A DNA stretch of 64,000 bases from an uncultured Spirochaetota bacterium (lineage in GTDB: Bacteria; Spirochaetota; Spirochaetia; JAFGXN01), in NCBI GenBank assembly GCA_944390005.1, contig CALXOJ010000001.1, forward strand, positions 144,363 through 208,362, written 5' to 3'. Both the position numbers and the translations under genes were made by a program. Below, in pieces: positions 39,780 to 48,467 of the stretch. The notes beneath the pieces are model-generated. The model worked only from the letters and a program-made list of their open reading frames with translations, searched no databases and was not told where the DNA came from. The number at the start of each line of letters is the position of its first letter. Within the stretch, counting starts at the first letter, position 1.

Positions 39780-40649
39780 ATGAAAAATACACTGCTCGTT
39801 GTGCTTGTTTTCATTTTACTTTCCGGCTGTGTGGTTTGGAAAAGCGCCCGCTCTGTTGAATCACCGCAGACAGACGGTAAAATCACCGATACGGCTCAAA
39901 AAATCGTCTTTGATACAGAAAAAGCGCCGGAATCTTCCGGTGTCGAGAACATTTTCGGAGATGAGAATTACTTCATCACTCACGGCGACAGTTTTTGTCC
40001 ATCGGCCGTTTACGGAATGCAGGTTAAGAACGGAGAGGTTGTTCGGTATGACGAGTTCCGTTTGAAAGGCGGTTCTCAATTTGATTGGGAAGACACAGCC
40101 TCCTCAGTTGATGAAAACGGAAACCGAACGCTCTATTTGGCCGATATCGGCGATAATCTGCGTTTTCGGACGCGGAAAACAATCTATCTTATTACCCGAA
40201 TCGAAAACAACCGCGCTGTCGTTGATCGAAAAATCCGATTCCGTTGTGTCAAAGACGGAAAAACCGTGTATGCTGATACCGAATCGCTGTTTTTTTACGA
40301 CGGAGCGTTGTATGTTATGACTAAAAATTCCGGAAAGGCGCTGATGTTTCGAATTCCGCTTGATGAAGGAGATCGAGTCGATGCCGAATTTGTGCAATCG
40401 GTTTCCATTCCCTCTCTCATTACTTCTGCGGCCGCAACCGACGACGGCTCTGTTTTGGCGATTCTGTCGCTTGGGTACCTGTATTTTTACGATATTTCCG
40501 ACGGAATGGACGAACTTGACTCCAAAGTAATGAAGATTTACTCTTCATCCGGCTGCCGTCAATGCGAAGGCGTTTGTTTTACCCGCGACGGAAGAGTTGC
40601 CGTGACCAACGAACAAGGCGAATTATATCTTTTTTCGGTCGACTTTTAA
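39780..40649 (+). CDS. lipoprotein, unknown function (beta-propeller-like repeats suspected)
   Basis: Lipobox LLSGC. Repeated segments such as LYLADIGDN and GVCFTRDGRVAVTNEQGELYLF. Confidence 0.5.
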   Translation: MKNTLLVVLVFILLSGCVVWKSARSVESPQTDGKITDTAQKIVFDTEKAPESSGVENIFGDENYFITHGDSFCPSAVYGMQVKNGEVVRYDEFRLKGGSQFDWEDTASSVDENGNRTLYLADIGDNLRFRTRKTIYLITRIENNRAVVDRKIRFRCVKDGKTVYADTESLFFYDGALYVMTKNSGKALMFRIPLDEGDRVDAEFVQSVSIPSLITSAAATDDGSVLAILSLGYLYFYDISDGMDELDSKVMKIYSSSGCRQCEGVCFTRDGRVAVTNEQGELYLFSVDF

Positions 40650-40909
40650 GGATCGGTACTCTCTTCTGAGGTTGTTTGCAGTCGCTCCAGCTCTTGCGTT
40701 AAACGGAGATTTTCGGCTTTTAACTCTTCGTTTTCTTTCATGAGTGCCTGTGCGGAAGCGACAGCCTTTTTATCTTCGGTAAAGTTATCAATGATGCCGT
40801 AGCGTTCCAAGAAAAAGAACAGAAGAATATATGGAATAACAATCAGAAAAGAAACAATAATGCGTCTGACGGTGATTTTATAATCTTTATCGTTTGTCGG
40901 CTTTGTCAT
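40646..40909 (-). CDS. small membrane protein with TM segment + coiled coil (FtsB/DivIC-like?)
   Basis: 87 aa with a TM helix followed by a leucine heptad (ELKAENLRLTQELERL). Confidence 0.4.
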   Translation of the reverse strand: MTKPTNDKDYKITVRRIIVSFLIVIPYILLFFFLERYGIIDNFTEDKKAVASAQALMKENEELKAENLRLTQELERLQTTSEESTDP

Positions 40910-41397
40910 GAAACCTCCTTTTTTGATATTATCCTGTTTTCATGAAAAAGTCAAATCACTTCTTAATTCAAAACTTGAATTGATTTTGAATGAAAATTAA
41001 GTGAGAAATTCGATTCTTTATGCTCTTCCGTCAATGGCTCCCGGGTTTGAAAACGGCTTTTCGGAAGCGGTGACTGAAACCGCCTCGGTCGTTTTGCCTT
41101 CTTCTTGGCTGCCGTTTTGCTCTTCAACGACAGATCGAGAGAGAAGCGCTTATATGCTGAATAATATGATGTCATTTCGTAAATATGCCTCATCGCGCCG
41201 CTGTTCCGCAGAACGGTTAATGGACAATCGAAAGATTTTAGTTGGAACCCCGGCGGCCGGTCATAACAGCGCATTTTTTTTCAGTTAAATTTGGCGCTTT
41301 TCTGTTGTGTCGGAATTTCCGATTGCATGGGGATTGCAAAGAACAATGGAATATGGTAAAAAGAAATATTGAATTTTGTTCGATCACCGAGGTTTTT

Positions 41398-42396
41398 ATG
41401 AGTGAGAAACCTATTCGAATTGCAGTTACCGGTGCGGCAGGACAAATTGCCTATTCGTTGCTGTTTCGAATTGCAGCCGGCGATATTTTCGGAGAGAATC
41501 GACCGGTTATTCTAAATTTACTTGAAATTGAGCCGGCTTTGACAAGATGCAACGGTGTTGTGATGGAGCTTGAGGATTGCGCGTTTCCTTTGTTGAAAGA
41601 GGTTACGGCAACAACCGATCCTAAGGTTGCTTTTCAAGATGCCGATTGGTGTCTTTTGCTCGGTTCCGCTCCGAGAAAAGCGGGCATGGAACGCCGCGAT
41701 TTATTGGATATAAACGGGAAAATTTTTGTCGATCAAGGAAAAGCAATTGCTGCTCACGCTTCAAAAAATGTGAAAGTTCTTGTAGTGGGAAATCCCTGCA
41801 ATATAAACGCATTGATTGCTTTGCGGCATGCAGAGGGAGTTCCAGTCGGAAATTTTTTCGCAATGACGGGACTCGATGAGAGCCGCAGTAAGTATCAACT
41901 GGCTCAAAAAGCAGGAGTTCATGTTTCTGCTGTTAAAAACATGACTATTTGGGGGAACCACTCTTCAACCCAATTTCCCGATTTTACAAACGCGACTATT
42001 CGCGGAATTCCTGTTCCCGAAGTGATTCGAGATAAAACGTGGCTCGAGGAAACCTTTGTTCCCGCTATTCAAAAACGGGGCGCGGCGATTATAGAAACGC
42101 GCGGAGTTTCTTCAGCTGCTTCAGCCGCCAATGCGATTGTTGAAACTGTTCGAAAATTAATAAATCCTACTCCGACCGGAGATTGGTTCAGCGTCTCCGT
42201 TTTATCGAACGGAGAATACGGGACAGAACCGGGGTTGATAACGGGATTTCCGCTTAGAACCGATGCAAACGGCAATCATGAAATTGTTCCTAATTTGGAG
42301 ATCAACGATTATGCCCGCGCTCAAATCGATGCGTCGATTGAGGAATTGAAGGAAGAGCGGAAATTGGCGTCGGAAGTTCTCTCCTGTCGACTCTGA
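41398..42396 (+). CDS. mdh: malate dehydrogenase (NAD, MDH type 2)
   Basis: [23 protein letters not shown] Rossmann start and WGNHS substrate motif. Confidence 0.9.
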   Translation: MSEKPIRIAVTGAAGQIAYSLLFRIAAGDIFGENRPVILNLLEIEPALTRCNGVVMELEDCAFPLLKEVTATTDPKVAFQDADWCLLLGSAPRKAGMERRDLLDINGKIFVDQGKAIAAHASKNVKVLVVGNPCNINALIALRHAEGVPVGNFFAMTGLDESRSKYQLAQKAGVHVSAVKNMTIWGNHSSTQFPDFTNATIRGIPVPEVIRDKTWLEETFVPAIQKRGAAIIETRGVSSAASAANAIVETVRKLINPTPTGDWFSVSVLSNGEYGTEPGLITGFPLRTDANGNHEIVPNLEINDYARAQIDASIEELKEERKLASEVLSCRL

Positions 42397-42524
42397 TCCG
42401 TCCGTTCATACCGATAAAGCGCTGTTTTACATTTCCGTTGTGAACAGGAGTCGGAGTGTCACCTTTGACGGGTTTGAGGAAAAGAATCCGTCGGATCTGC
42501 CGTAATAAAGTTTCGGACTCTCTG

Positions 42525-43598
42525 TTATTGCGAATCTCCGATCCGAACCGTCTGATCAAGAGGAAAATCGTTTTTCGCGGTTTCCGGGAAAACAGGGTAG
42601 CCGGTTTTCGAACCGTCGGGAAGCACTCCCTCTTCGTGAGTCGGAACCGAACTGTCGGCTTTGAGAAAATAGTCGTAGCGGCAGGTCGGGCTGTTCCACA
42701 CAAGGGAATCGTCATGGGTGGGATCGACCAGATACCAATCACCGTCGATACAGACCTTATTCCAGGCATGTGAGCCTTTCGTATCGGGATCGCCCGGAGT
42801 CGAGAGTGCGGTTCCGGGCACCGTGATGGCGGGAATGCCGCAGCGCATCAGCAGATATTGAAACGAAACGGCATAACCCTGACAAACCACATAACGGATT
42901 TCGGCTTCGGGGGCGGTCAGCGGGTTCAAAAAGGCTCCCCTCAGATTGCCGTCACCGCGGGAATTGGTGGTGCCGTATGTTACTGTCGCCAGAAAAGCAT
43001 CGTGGAGGGCTCTGACCTTCTGTGCCGTCGTCATATTCCCGTTGACGGTATTCAGAATCGGCAGAATGTGCGTTTCCATTTCGGCGGTTTGCGGTTTGTG
43101 GAACGTTTCCCAAAAAGTTCCGAGAGCCATTCCTTTGAAAGCATTGTCAAACCAAGCCTCGTCGGCAATAGCGGTTCCCGAAGGATCGTAAGTGTCGCCG
43201 ATATTGTCCGAACGGCGCGGCAGGACACTCGAGGTCAGCAGAGCCATGCGCGGGTCGTCTTTGGAGAGAAAATCGAAAATTTTAACGATCTGAGCCTCCG
43301 TCAGAGAGAAGCCGTTTTCTTTCAATCTGACTGTGATGTGTGTGGCTGATTTCTGTTCATCGGTGACCGGTTCGGTCAGAAATGCTTTGAGAATAAAATC
43401 GTAAGCCTGCTTTTCTTCTTGGTTCAAAAGCGAACGGCCGTAGTAGAGTTCGACGGGTAAGAATCCTGTCAGAGGATCGAATGGTTCCGAAGGTTTCGTC
43501 TGATTTTCTTCGGATGTACTGCCGTCGGCTACCGGCGGCGGGCAGGCCGTGAGACCCGAAAATAATACCATTAGAAAAATCAGAATTCTGTTTTTCAT
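42525..43598 (-). CDS. transglutaminase-like cysteine-protease-fold lipoprotein
   Basis: Lipobox LTAC. Cys...His...Asp triad candidates (VVCQGYAVSFQYL ... SHAWNKV ... DPTHDD). AGGAG ribosome-binding site 9 nt before the ATG at 43598. Confidence 0.65.
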   Translation of the reverse strand: MKNRILIFLMVLFSGLTACPPPVADGSTSEENQTKPSEPFDPLTGFLPVELYYGRSLLNQEEKQAYDFILKAFLTEPVTDEQKSATHITVRLKENGFSLTEAQIVKIFDFLSKDDPRMALLTSSVLPRRSDNIGDTYDPSGTAIADEAWFDNAFKGMALGTFWETFHKPQTAEMETHILPILNTVNGNMTTAQKVRALHDAFLATVTYGTTNSRGDGNLRGAFLNPLTAPEAEIRYVVCQGYAVSFQYLLMRCGIPAITVPGTALSTPGDPDTKGSHAWNKVCIDGDWYLVDPTHDDSLVWNSPTCRYDYFLKADSSVPTHEEGVLPDGSKTGYPVFPETAKNDFPLDQTVRIGDSQ

Positions 43599-43683
43599 AC
43601 GGATTCGCTCCTGACGGTTGTTATTTTTTTTCATTTTCTGTATACTGAAATTATTATATTACAAGTAAATAGGAAAAGTAAAG

Positions 43684-44037
43684 ATGTGTTTTTTAAGGAG
43701 AACGGTTTCTTTTTTGTGCGGGCGGCGGATTTCTGTCGATGATTTTTCCGAGATGATCCGAAAACAGTTTCGCCCGGTGATTCTGGATGTCCGCAGTGCG
43801 GATGAGTTTAACGAAGGACATGTCAGGGGAGCGCTTCATATTCCCGATTACAAAATTGCGGAAGAAATTGAATCGAAAGTTCCCGACAAAAAAACTCCGG
43901 TTTATATTTACTGCTACAGCGGAGCCCGTGCCGGATCGGCGGCCCGTCAAATGAGACATCTCGGATATGAGAAGGTTCACAATATGGGCGGTATTATGTA
44001 TGCCGGTTTTACCGAGGCTTTTCCGCTGGAGAAATAA
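43684..44037 (+). CDS. single-domain rhodanese (sulfurtransferase-like)
   Basis: VILDVRSADEFNEGHVRGALHIP and the CYSGARA active-site Cys loop. True start probably the in-frame TTG about 43714, 13 nt after AAGGAG. Confidence 0.75.
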   Translation: MCFLRRTVSFLCGRRISVDDFSEMIRKQFRPVILDVRSADEFNEGHVRGALHIPDYKIAEEIESKVPDKKTPVYIYCYSGARAGSAARQMRHLGYEKVHNMGGIMYAGFTEAFPLEK

Positions 44038-44061
44038 GCGGAATCGGGAGGTCGTTTTTCA

Positions 44062-44238
44062 ATGTCTTTTTTTAGAGAACCGCAGCCCGGGGAATCCCGG
44101 CTCTATCTTTGTACAAAATGCGGACGGTCTTTCGAAGCCGTCGTTCCCCGTTCGTTTCTGTCAGTGAGACCGGTTTCACCGGCCTGTCCGCAGTGCGGCA
44201 GCCGGAAAACCGTTCCTCATCCGGCTGTCCGGTACTGA
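44062..44238 (+). CDS. FmdB-family-like zinc-ribbon small protein (59 aa; below the ORF-track size cutoff)
   Basis: MSFFREPQPGESRLYLCTKCGRSFEAVVPRSFLSVRPVSPACPQCGSRKTVPHPAVRY, with a CxxC...CxxCG ribbon spaced like FmdB. GGGAGG ribosome-binding site 10 nt upstream. Confidence 0.45.
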   Translation: MSFFREPQPGESRLYLCTKCGRSFEAVVPRSFLSVRPVSPACPQCGSRKTVPHPAVRY

Positions 44239-44304
44239 TCTTTTCCGGCTTCTTTTTACCGAACCGTTACGACTCCGTTTCCCGCTCTTTCCTTGCGCAG
44301 GCGC

Positions 44305-44709
44305 TTACGTCTCGCTGTCAACCGGCGTGATTTCGATTTCAAACTCTTCCGCAGCCTTCAGCGGAATCTGCGGAATCGAATGCCCCGGGGAGACGGTCGA
44401 CCGGGGACAACGCCGTTCTTTGAGATAGCGGTAGAGAGCGCGGGTATCGGAGACCGTTTTCCCTTTCAGAATGAAACAGCCCGAAGCAAATCCCGGTTCG
44501 GAAAAATAGAAAACACGCCCGCCGCCGCTGCCGAAGCGGGTCATAACAATCGAATCGGCTTCGAAGTTGGCGGTATCGCAAAATCCGGTTTCTCCTTTGA
44601 GGCCGATATACGGGAAACGTCCCGTACTTCTTTTCCGTTTCGGACTCCACGGACAAACCGAGATGTCGGCCAAATCTTTCAGTTTTAACATTCCGTTTTT
44701 CTGTTTCAT
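44305..44709 (-). CDS. orphan type I restriction-modification specificity subunit (HsdS) target-recognition-domain fragment; likely a gene remnant
   Basis: 134 aa. LKDLADIS...GRFPYIG...ADSIVMTRFGSGGGRVFYFSEPGFASGCFILKGK resembles one HsdS target-recognition domain. No hsdM or hsdR nearby. Confidence 0.4.
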   Translation of the reverse strand: MKQKNGMLKLKDLADISVCPWSPKRKRSTGRFPYIGLKGETGFCDTANFEADSIVMTRFGSGGGRVFYFSEPGFASGCFILKGKTVSDTRALYRYLKERRCPRSTVSPGHSIPQIPLKAAEEFEIEITPVDSET

Positions 44710-44916
44710 CGCTTTTCCTCCTCTTTGATATTTTTCCGGAAAACAAAAAAGAGCGTATCATAACGATAACGCTCCGAAGGGTGTTTGTATCATCTTTTAT
44801 CGGAAAAGTCAACATTCTCCGGAAAAAATTTGCTTTCCGCTATTTCCGCTCCGAAAAAGAATTGCGTTCGAAACAAAAAACCGTTGACAATAAACAAATA
44901 ATTTGATAATTCTATC

Positions 44917-44938
44917 TTAATTAGTTTAATCTAATTAA
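44917..44938. promoter_or_regulatory. perfect 8-bp inverted repeat (TTAATTAG-N6-CTAATTAA) between a TTGACA box and the ribosome-binding site of the first BIG2-LRR gene; candidate operator
   Basis: Read directly from the sequence. TTGACA at about 44884-89; RBS GGAAGGAG; ATG at 44959. Confidence 0.5.
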
Positions 44939-44958
44939 AAACAACGGAAGGAGTTTTT

Positions 44959-46056
44959 ATGCAACTGTTTTTTAAAGGAATCGTTTTATTGGCGGCCATG
45001 ATCTTTGTCTCCTGTCCCGGGAAACCGGCGGCGGTATCGGGCTTGACAATCGACCGCACGGAACTGAATTTGAAGCTGGGGCAGGAACAGACGGTGAATG
45101 CGTCGGTTCTTCCGGGGGAGGCTGGCGAAAAGGGAATCCGCTGGTCGAGCGATGCCCCGCAAACCGTTTCCGTAGCGGGCGGCCGCATTCGCGGGGTTTT
45201 GCCGGGGACGGCGACTGTGACGGCCGAGACCGTTGACGGCGGTTTTCGGCAGCAGTGCCGGGTGACGGTGGCCGATGAGGTTTACATTCCCGATCCGCTT
45301 TTCCGCTCCTATCTGTTTTCGCTTTTCGGCGAAAATTCGGAAACGGGAGAGAAACAGATCGATCTCGATGCGGACGGCATTATCACATTAAAAGAGGCGG
45401 AAACGGTTACGGTGATTCACTGCTACAAACTGTCAAACACACCTTCGGAAGAAAAGATTGCCGATTTGACCGGTCTCGAATATTTTGTCAATCTGGAAGA
45501 ATTGGCGTGTCACTACAATAAAATCGAATCTCTCGATTTGCGGTCGCTTTCGAAACTGCGTCGTCTTTACTGCTTTGATAATCGTTTAAGAGAGCTCGAT
45601 CTTTCCGGAAATCCGCTGCTGACGGAGGTCTCCTGCGGAGGCAATACGCTGAAACAGTTGAGTCTCGAAGCAAACCCGTTTCTTGTTACGGTTGATGCCG
45701 GGGAATGCCGCCTCGAAGAGCTGGATCTGACCGGTTTGCCGGAATTGGAATATCTGGTCTGTTCGCAAAATCGTCTGCGCTCGCTCGATGTTTCCCGTAA
45801 TCCGAAGCTGATTCATTTAAGCTGCTACAATAATTACATGGATCGGCTCGATGCCCGAAATTGTCCGAATCTCGATTTTCTCTGGTGCGGACAGCAGATC
45901 AACGAAGCGGAAGGAATGTACAATTTGAAACTTTCTCTTTATCTGCCCCAATCGTTGTGGGACAGATGGGAGAGTGACGAAACGTGGGGAAAGCCGGGTT
46001 CGGACGGATATCCTGCCGAAACGGCCAACACCTGGGTGACCCTTATTAAAGAATGA
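44959..46056 (+). CDS. surface lipoprotein: Big_2 Ig-like domain + EF-hand-like loop + ~9 leucine-rich repeats + conserved W-rich C-terminus
   Basis: Lipobox FVSC. Big_2 unit (GLTIDRTELNL...CRVTV), DLDADGIITLKEAE loop, and 22-residue LRRs (LxxLxCxxNxLxxLDLSxNPxL). Confidence 0.75.
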   Translation: MQLFFKGIVLLAAMIFVSCPGKPAAVSGLTIDRTELNLKLGQEQTVNASVLPGEAGEKGIRWSSDAPQTVSVAGGRIRGVLPGTATVTAETVDGGFRQQCRVTVADEVYIPDPLFRSYLFSLFGENSETGEKQIDLDADGIITLKEAETVTVIHCYKLSNTPSEEKIADLTGLEYFVNLEELACHYNKIESLDLRSLSKLRRLYCFDNRLRELDLSGNPLLTEVSCGGNTLKQLSLEANPFLVTVDAGECRLEELDLTGLPELEYLVCSQNRLRSLDVSRNPKLIHLSCYNNYMDRLDARNCPNLDFLWCGQQINEAEGMYNLKLSLYLPQSLWDRWESDETWGKPGSDGYPAETANTWVTLIKE

Positions 46057-46087
46057 AAACCATCGAATCGTATTGAGGAGGAGTTTT

Positions 46088-48448
46088 ATGAAAATGTTTG
46101 TTCGCTGTTGGGGAATGGTTTTGCTGCTCGCTTTGGCAAGCTGTGAAAAGGATTCGGCAAAAGTGTCCGGAATAACGGTAACGCCTGCATCGGTGACACT
46201 GGAGGCGGGGAAGACGGTTTCGCTGAAAGCCGCTGTTGTGCCCGAAACGGCAGCCGATAAAACTGTCCGGTGGGAATCGGAAAATCCGGCTGTTGCCGAC
46301 GTCACCGCTTCCGGAGTCGTGACGGCCAAAGCCGCCGGCGAGACGTCCGTGACAGCTGTCACGACCGACGGAAATTACCGGGCTTCCTGTCTGATAACCG
46401 TTATCGGCAAAACGGACGTTACGGGAGTCCGAATCGACGAGACGTTTCCGGTTCCGGTGGGAAAAGAAGTCGGTTTAAATTATGCGGTTCTGCCGACCGA
46501 TGCCTCCGTGAAAACGGTTTTGTTTACGGTCGAAGAGGGGAAAGAAGATGTCCTGACGCTTGAAGATTCCAATCGCGGTATCGTGAAAGGGGTTGCTGTC
46601 GGTGCGGCACAGGTGACGGTGACCACCGCGGAAGGCGGGTACAGCGACAGTTGTGCCGTGACGGTTTACCGGGCAGCGGAAAAGGTGACGATAACGGCCG
46701 ACGGTTACGAGGCTGCCGCCGGGTTGGAGGCCGGGCTGACGCTTGCGCTGACGGCGACCGTTTCCGGAGAGCCGACTTACGGCACCGTTTTCTGGGCAAC
46801 GTCCGACCCGCAAACCGCCGCTGTCGCTGCGGACGGCACGGTCACGGCCAAAGCACCGGGCACCGTTACCGTGCGGGCTTCGCTGCACCCGTTCGACAAC
46901 CCCGATTACCCTGCCGATGTCACGGCGGAGATCAAAATCGACATTGTCGCGGGCAGTGCCGCTGTCGAATCGGTTGCAATTAACGAAGGCGAAACCGTTA
47001 CGATGTTCAAGGGAGAGACAAAGCAGCTGACCTGTACGGTCAATCCCCCGAATGCCTCAGAGAAAACAGTGGTTTGGAGTGTCACAGAGGGGGCCGATGT
47101 CGTTTCCGTCAATGCCGATACGGGAGAAGTGACGGCGCTCCGTCCGGGAAGTGCGACCGTAACGGTTACCTCGCGATCCGATGCTGCCAAATCGGACAGC
47201 TGTACCGTTACGGTTCGGGAGGCTGTCACCGCCGTCCGGTTGGACCGCGACAGTCTGCGGCTGACGCTGACCGAAGACGGCAAAACGGAAACCCTGACCG
47301 CTGCGGTCGAACCGGAAGAAGCGACTGACCGCAGCGTTCGGTGGACAGCCGATCCCGACGGGATTGTCTCTGTTGAGAATGGGACAGTGACCGCACTGAA
47401 CGCCGGAACGGCAACCGTTCGCGCCGAATCGGTTTCCAATCCGGGAGTTTACGATGAATGCGAAGTGACGGTGATTTCTCCCGTCACGCAGATTACGCTG
47501 AATCATTCAGTTTACCCCGCAGCTCCGGGAACATTCGAAGTCGGCCTCGATTTCGTTTTGAGTGCGGCGGTGACGCCCGGCGACGCGACAGACAAACGGC
47601 TGACTTGGAGTGTTTCACCCGAAAACATTGTTTCATTGGATGACGCAACCGGAACCGTAACCGCGTTAGAAGCCGGAACCGCTACCGTTACGGTGACCGC
47701 CGCCGACGGCTTCGGGGCATCGGCCTCGTGTGTTATCACCGTCTCTCCGGCAACGGCAGCCGTCACAAAAATTGTTTTGAATCGGGAGAGTGTGAACCTT
47801 TATAAAGGAAAAAGTTACCGTCTGACAGCATCCGTCGAACCGCCCAACGCCGCTGTTAAAACCGTCACATGGAGTCTCGAAGGAGGCGATGGGGCGGCAA
47901 CGATTTCGGACGACGGTCGTCTGAGTGTCAATTCAAATGCCGGCGCGGCCATGTTTACGGTGAAAGCGACCGCCGGAGACGCTTCCGGAGTGACAGCAAC
48001 CTGCGCGGTCACGGTTCGTACGGAACTGATTCCCGCAGGAGCGCTGTTCGATGCCGTTGCCGCCGCGACCGGCAAACAGAACTTCACGGAATCCGACCTG
48101 GAAAACGTCTCCGAACTGGAGGTTGTCGCGGCATCTGGAACAACAGCTCTGTACGGTCTGGAGCTGATGCCGAATCTGCTCTCGCTTGACTGCAGCGGCG
48201 GATTTTTGACCGATCTGGATACTTCGATGAATCTGGAACTCGAAACGCTGATTTGCAACGGCAATTATTTGGAAAAGCTCGATTTGCGTTCGAATTCGGC
48301 ATTGAAGAATCTGCTCTGCGGAAATCAGATTGGTCAGATTGGATTAAAAAAAGTCCCTCTTTATCTGCCTTCTTCTTTATGGGAGAGGTGGGATAATGAA
48401 TGGAGTCGGAACGGTTCCAATAACAACGTCACTCTTGTCAGAGAATAA
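46088..48448 (+). CDS. surface lipoprotein paralog: seven tandem Big_2 domains + LRRs + conserved C-terminus
   Basis: Lipobox LASC. Seven units of about 85 aa each ending ...C.VTV; C-terminal LYLPSSLWERW motif. GAGGAGG ribosome-binding site. Confidence 0.75.
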   Translation: MKMFVRCWGMVLLLALASCEKDSAKVSGITVTPASVTLEAGKTVSLKAAVVPETAADKTVRWESENPAVADVTASGVVTAKAAGETSVTAVTTDGNYRASCLITVIGKTDVTGVRIDETFPVPVGKEVGLNYAVLPTDASVKTVLFTVEEGKEDVLTLEDSNRGIVKGVAVGAAQVTVTTAEGGYSDSCAVTVYRAAEKVTITADGYEAAAGLEAGLTLALTATVSGEPTYGTVFWATSDPQTAAVAADGTVTAKAPGTVTVRASLHPFDNPDYPADVTAEIKIDIVAGSAAVESVAINEGETVTMFKGETKQLTCTVNPPNASEKTVVWSVTEGADVVSVNADTGEVTALRPGSATVTVTSRSDAAKSDSCTVTVREAVTAVRLDRDSLRLTLTEDGKTETLTAAVEPEEATDRSVRWTADPDGIVSVENGTVTALNAGTATVRAESVSNPGVYDECEVTVISPVTQITLNHSVYPAAPGTFEVGLDFVLSAAVTPGDATDKRLTWSVSPENIVSLDDATGTVTALEAGTATVTVTAADGFGASASCVITVSPATAAVTKIVLNRESVNLYKGKSYRLTASVEPPNAAVKTVTWSLEGGDGAATISDDGRLSVNSNAGAAMFTVKATAGDASGVTATCAVTVRTELIPAGALFDAVAAATGKQNFTESDLENVSELEVVAASGTTALYGLELMPNLLSLDCSGGFLTDLDTSMNLELETLICNGNYLEKLDLRSNSALKNLLCGNQIGQIGLKKVPLYLPSSLWERWDNEWSRNGSNNNVTLVRE

Positions 48449-48467
48449 TATAGGAAAGGAGCGAAAA

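Noticed and set aside
40963-41288. Two overlapping 95/103-aa ORFs on opposite strands in the mdh-upstream gap
   Set aside because: Mutually exclusive, no ribosome-binding site and no recognisable features. The region is more plausibly non-coding (see the sRNA/leader finding).
43967-44330. 66-aa and 73-aa + ORFs from the track overlapping the FmdB-like ORF region
   Set aside because: They start with TTG or ATG lacking a ribosome-binding site and are in different frames from the 59-aa zinc-ribbon ORF, which has GGGAGG at the correct spacing and a coherent CxxC...CxxC pattern.
45817-48264. Several 150-180-aa minus-strand ORFs inside the BIG2-LRR genes
   Set aside because: Antisense by-products of GC-rich, repetitive Ig-domain coding. 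The + strand frames have lipoboxes, ribosome-binding sites and a coherent domain structure.
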